DNA of 7,614 nucleotides from a virus (Duplodnaviria; Heunggongvirae; Uroviricota; Caudoviricetes): IMG/VR virus record IMGVR_UViG_2585427735_000018, positions 1 to 7,614 of that record; one strand, 5' to 3'. Shown piece by piece: positions 6,566 to 7,614 of this stretch (position 1 is its first letter; each line of letters starts with the position of its first letter). The notes under the pieces were generated by a model. It saw only the letters and a program-made list of their open reading frames with translations, ran no database searches and was not told where the DNA came from. The position numbers and the translations under genes were made by a program.

Positions 6566-7614
6566 GCGCCGGGATTTACCCCCTAACCTTTATATAAGAA
6601 ACAATGGATATTACTGCTACAGGGACCCAAGGACGGGTAAAGAGTTTGGATTAGGCAGAGACAGGCGAATCGCAATCACTGAAGCCATACAGGCCAACAT
6701 TGAGTTATTTTCAGGACACAAACACAAGCCTCTGACAGCGAGAATCAACAGTGATAATTCCGTTACGTTACATTCATGGCTTGATCGCTACGAAAAAATC
6801 CTGGCCAGCAGAGGAATCAAGCAGAAGACACTCATAAATTACATGAGCAAAATTAAAGCAATTAAGGAGGGGTCTGCCTGATGCTCCACTTGAAGACATC
6901 ACCACAAAAGAAATTGCGGCAATGCTCAATGGATACATAGACGAGGGCAAGGCGGCGTCAGCCAAGTTAATCAGATCAACACTGAGCGATGCATTCCGAG
7001 AGGCAATAGCTGAAGGCCATATAACAACAAACCCTGTCGCTGCCACTCGCGCAGCAAAATCAGAGGTAAGGAGATCAAGACTTACGGCTGACGAATACCT
7101 GAAAATTTATCAAGCAGCAGAATCATCACCATGTTGGCTCAGACTTGCAATGGAACTGGCTGTTGTTACCGGGCAACGAGTTGGTGATTTATGCGAAATG
7201 AAGTGGTCTGATATCGTAGATGGATATCTTTATGTCGAGCAAAGCAAAACAGGCGTAAAAATTGCCATCCCAACAACATTGCATGTTGATGCTCTCGGGA
7301 TATCAATGAAGGAAACACTTGATAAATGCAAAGAGATTCTTGGCGGAGAAACCATAATTGCATCTACTCGTCGTGAACCGCTTTCATCCGGCACAGTATC
7401 AAGGTATTTTATGCGCGCACGAAAAGCATCAGGTCTTTCCTTCGAAGGGGATCCGCCTACCTTTCACGAGTTGCGCAGTTTGTCTGCAAGACTCTATGAG
7501 AAGCAGATAAGCGATAAGTTTGCTCAACATCTTCTCGGGCATAAGTCGGACACCATGGCATCACAGTATCGTGATGACAGAGGCAGGGAGTGGGACAAAA
7601 TTGAAATCAAATAA
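6543..7614 (+). pseudogene. int: Lambda-type tyrosine integrase Int, interrupted by a +1 frameshift near 6861-6866
   Basis: Frame A (6543-6881) reads MGRRRSHERRDLPPNLYIRNNGYYCYRDPRTGKEFGLGRD...INYMSKIKAI then KEGSA*. Frame B, open from 6847, continues RRGLPDAPLEDITTKEIAAMLNGYIDEGK...WDKIEIK* to 7614. Together they are collinear with lambda Int (356 aa) apparently with one extra nucleotide in gcaATTAAGG. Confidence 0.9.

Noticed and set aside
6774-7363. Minus-strand ORFs inside int (6774-7046, 7166-7363)
   Set aside because: Antisense to the integrase coding sequence; no independent support.
1-7614. CRISPR arrays, tRNA/rRNA genes, attP core
   Set aside because: No repeat-spacer periodicity or tRNA-like structure was seen; the window ends at the int stop codon, so the attachment site, if present, lies beyond the window.

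Overview
This window reads as the integration-proximal arm of a defective lambda-like prophage, transcribed left to right on the + strand and ending at the int stop codon (7612-7614). Protein identities are from my recollection of lambda/IS1 sequences and motif reading, not from a search. Order: the 3' 563 bp of an IS1 element (insA tail, A6C frameshift site, insB); a Hanks-type Ser/Thr kinase whose N-lobe is cut off by the IS1, with a tightly coupled 54-aa lysine-rich ORF, both AT-rich and sitting where lambda has rexAB; an intrinsic terminator; a repeat-rich candidate early promoter/operator region; a short early ORF ending where lambda kil ends; then a lambda-type block gam-bet-exo-orf60a-orf63-orf61-like-orf73 (TraR-like zinc finger); an AT-rich insert of about 1 kb carrying an oppositely oriented 3-TM membrane protein where lambda has ea22/ea8.5; a start-less ORF remnant; xis; and int split by a +1 frameshift. 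The two AT-rich cargo loci (kinase plus small ORF, and the membrane-protein cassette) are the best candidates for uncharacterised phage-exclusion or host-interaction functions. No tRNA, rRNA or CRISPR array was seen.
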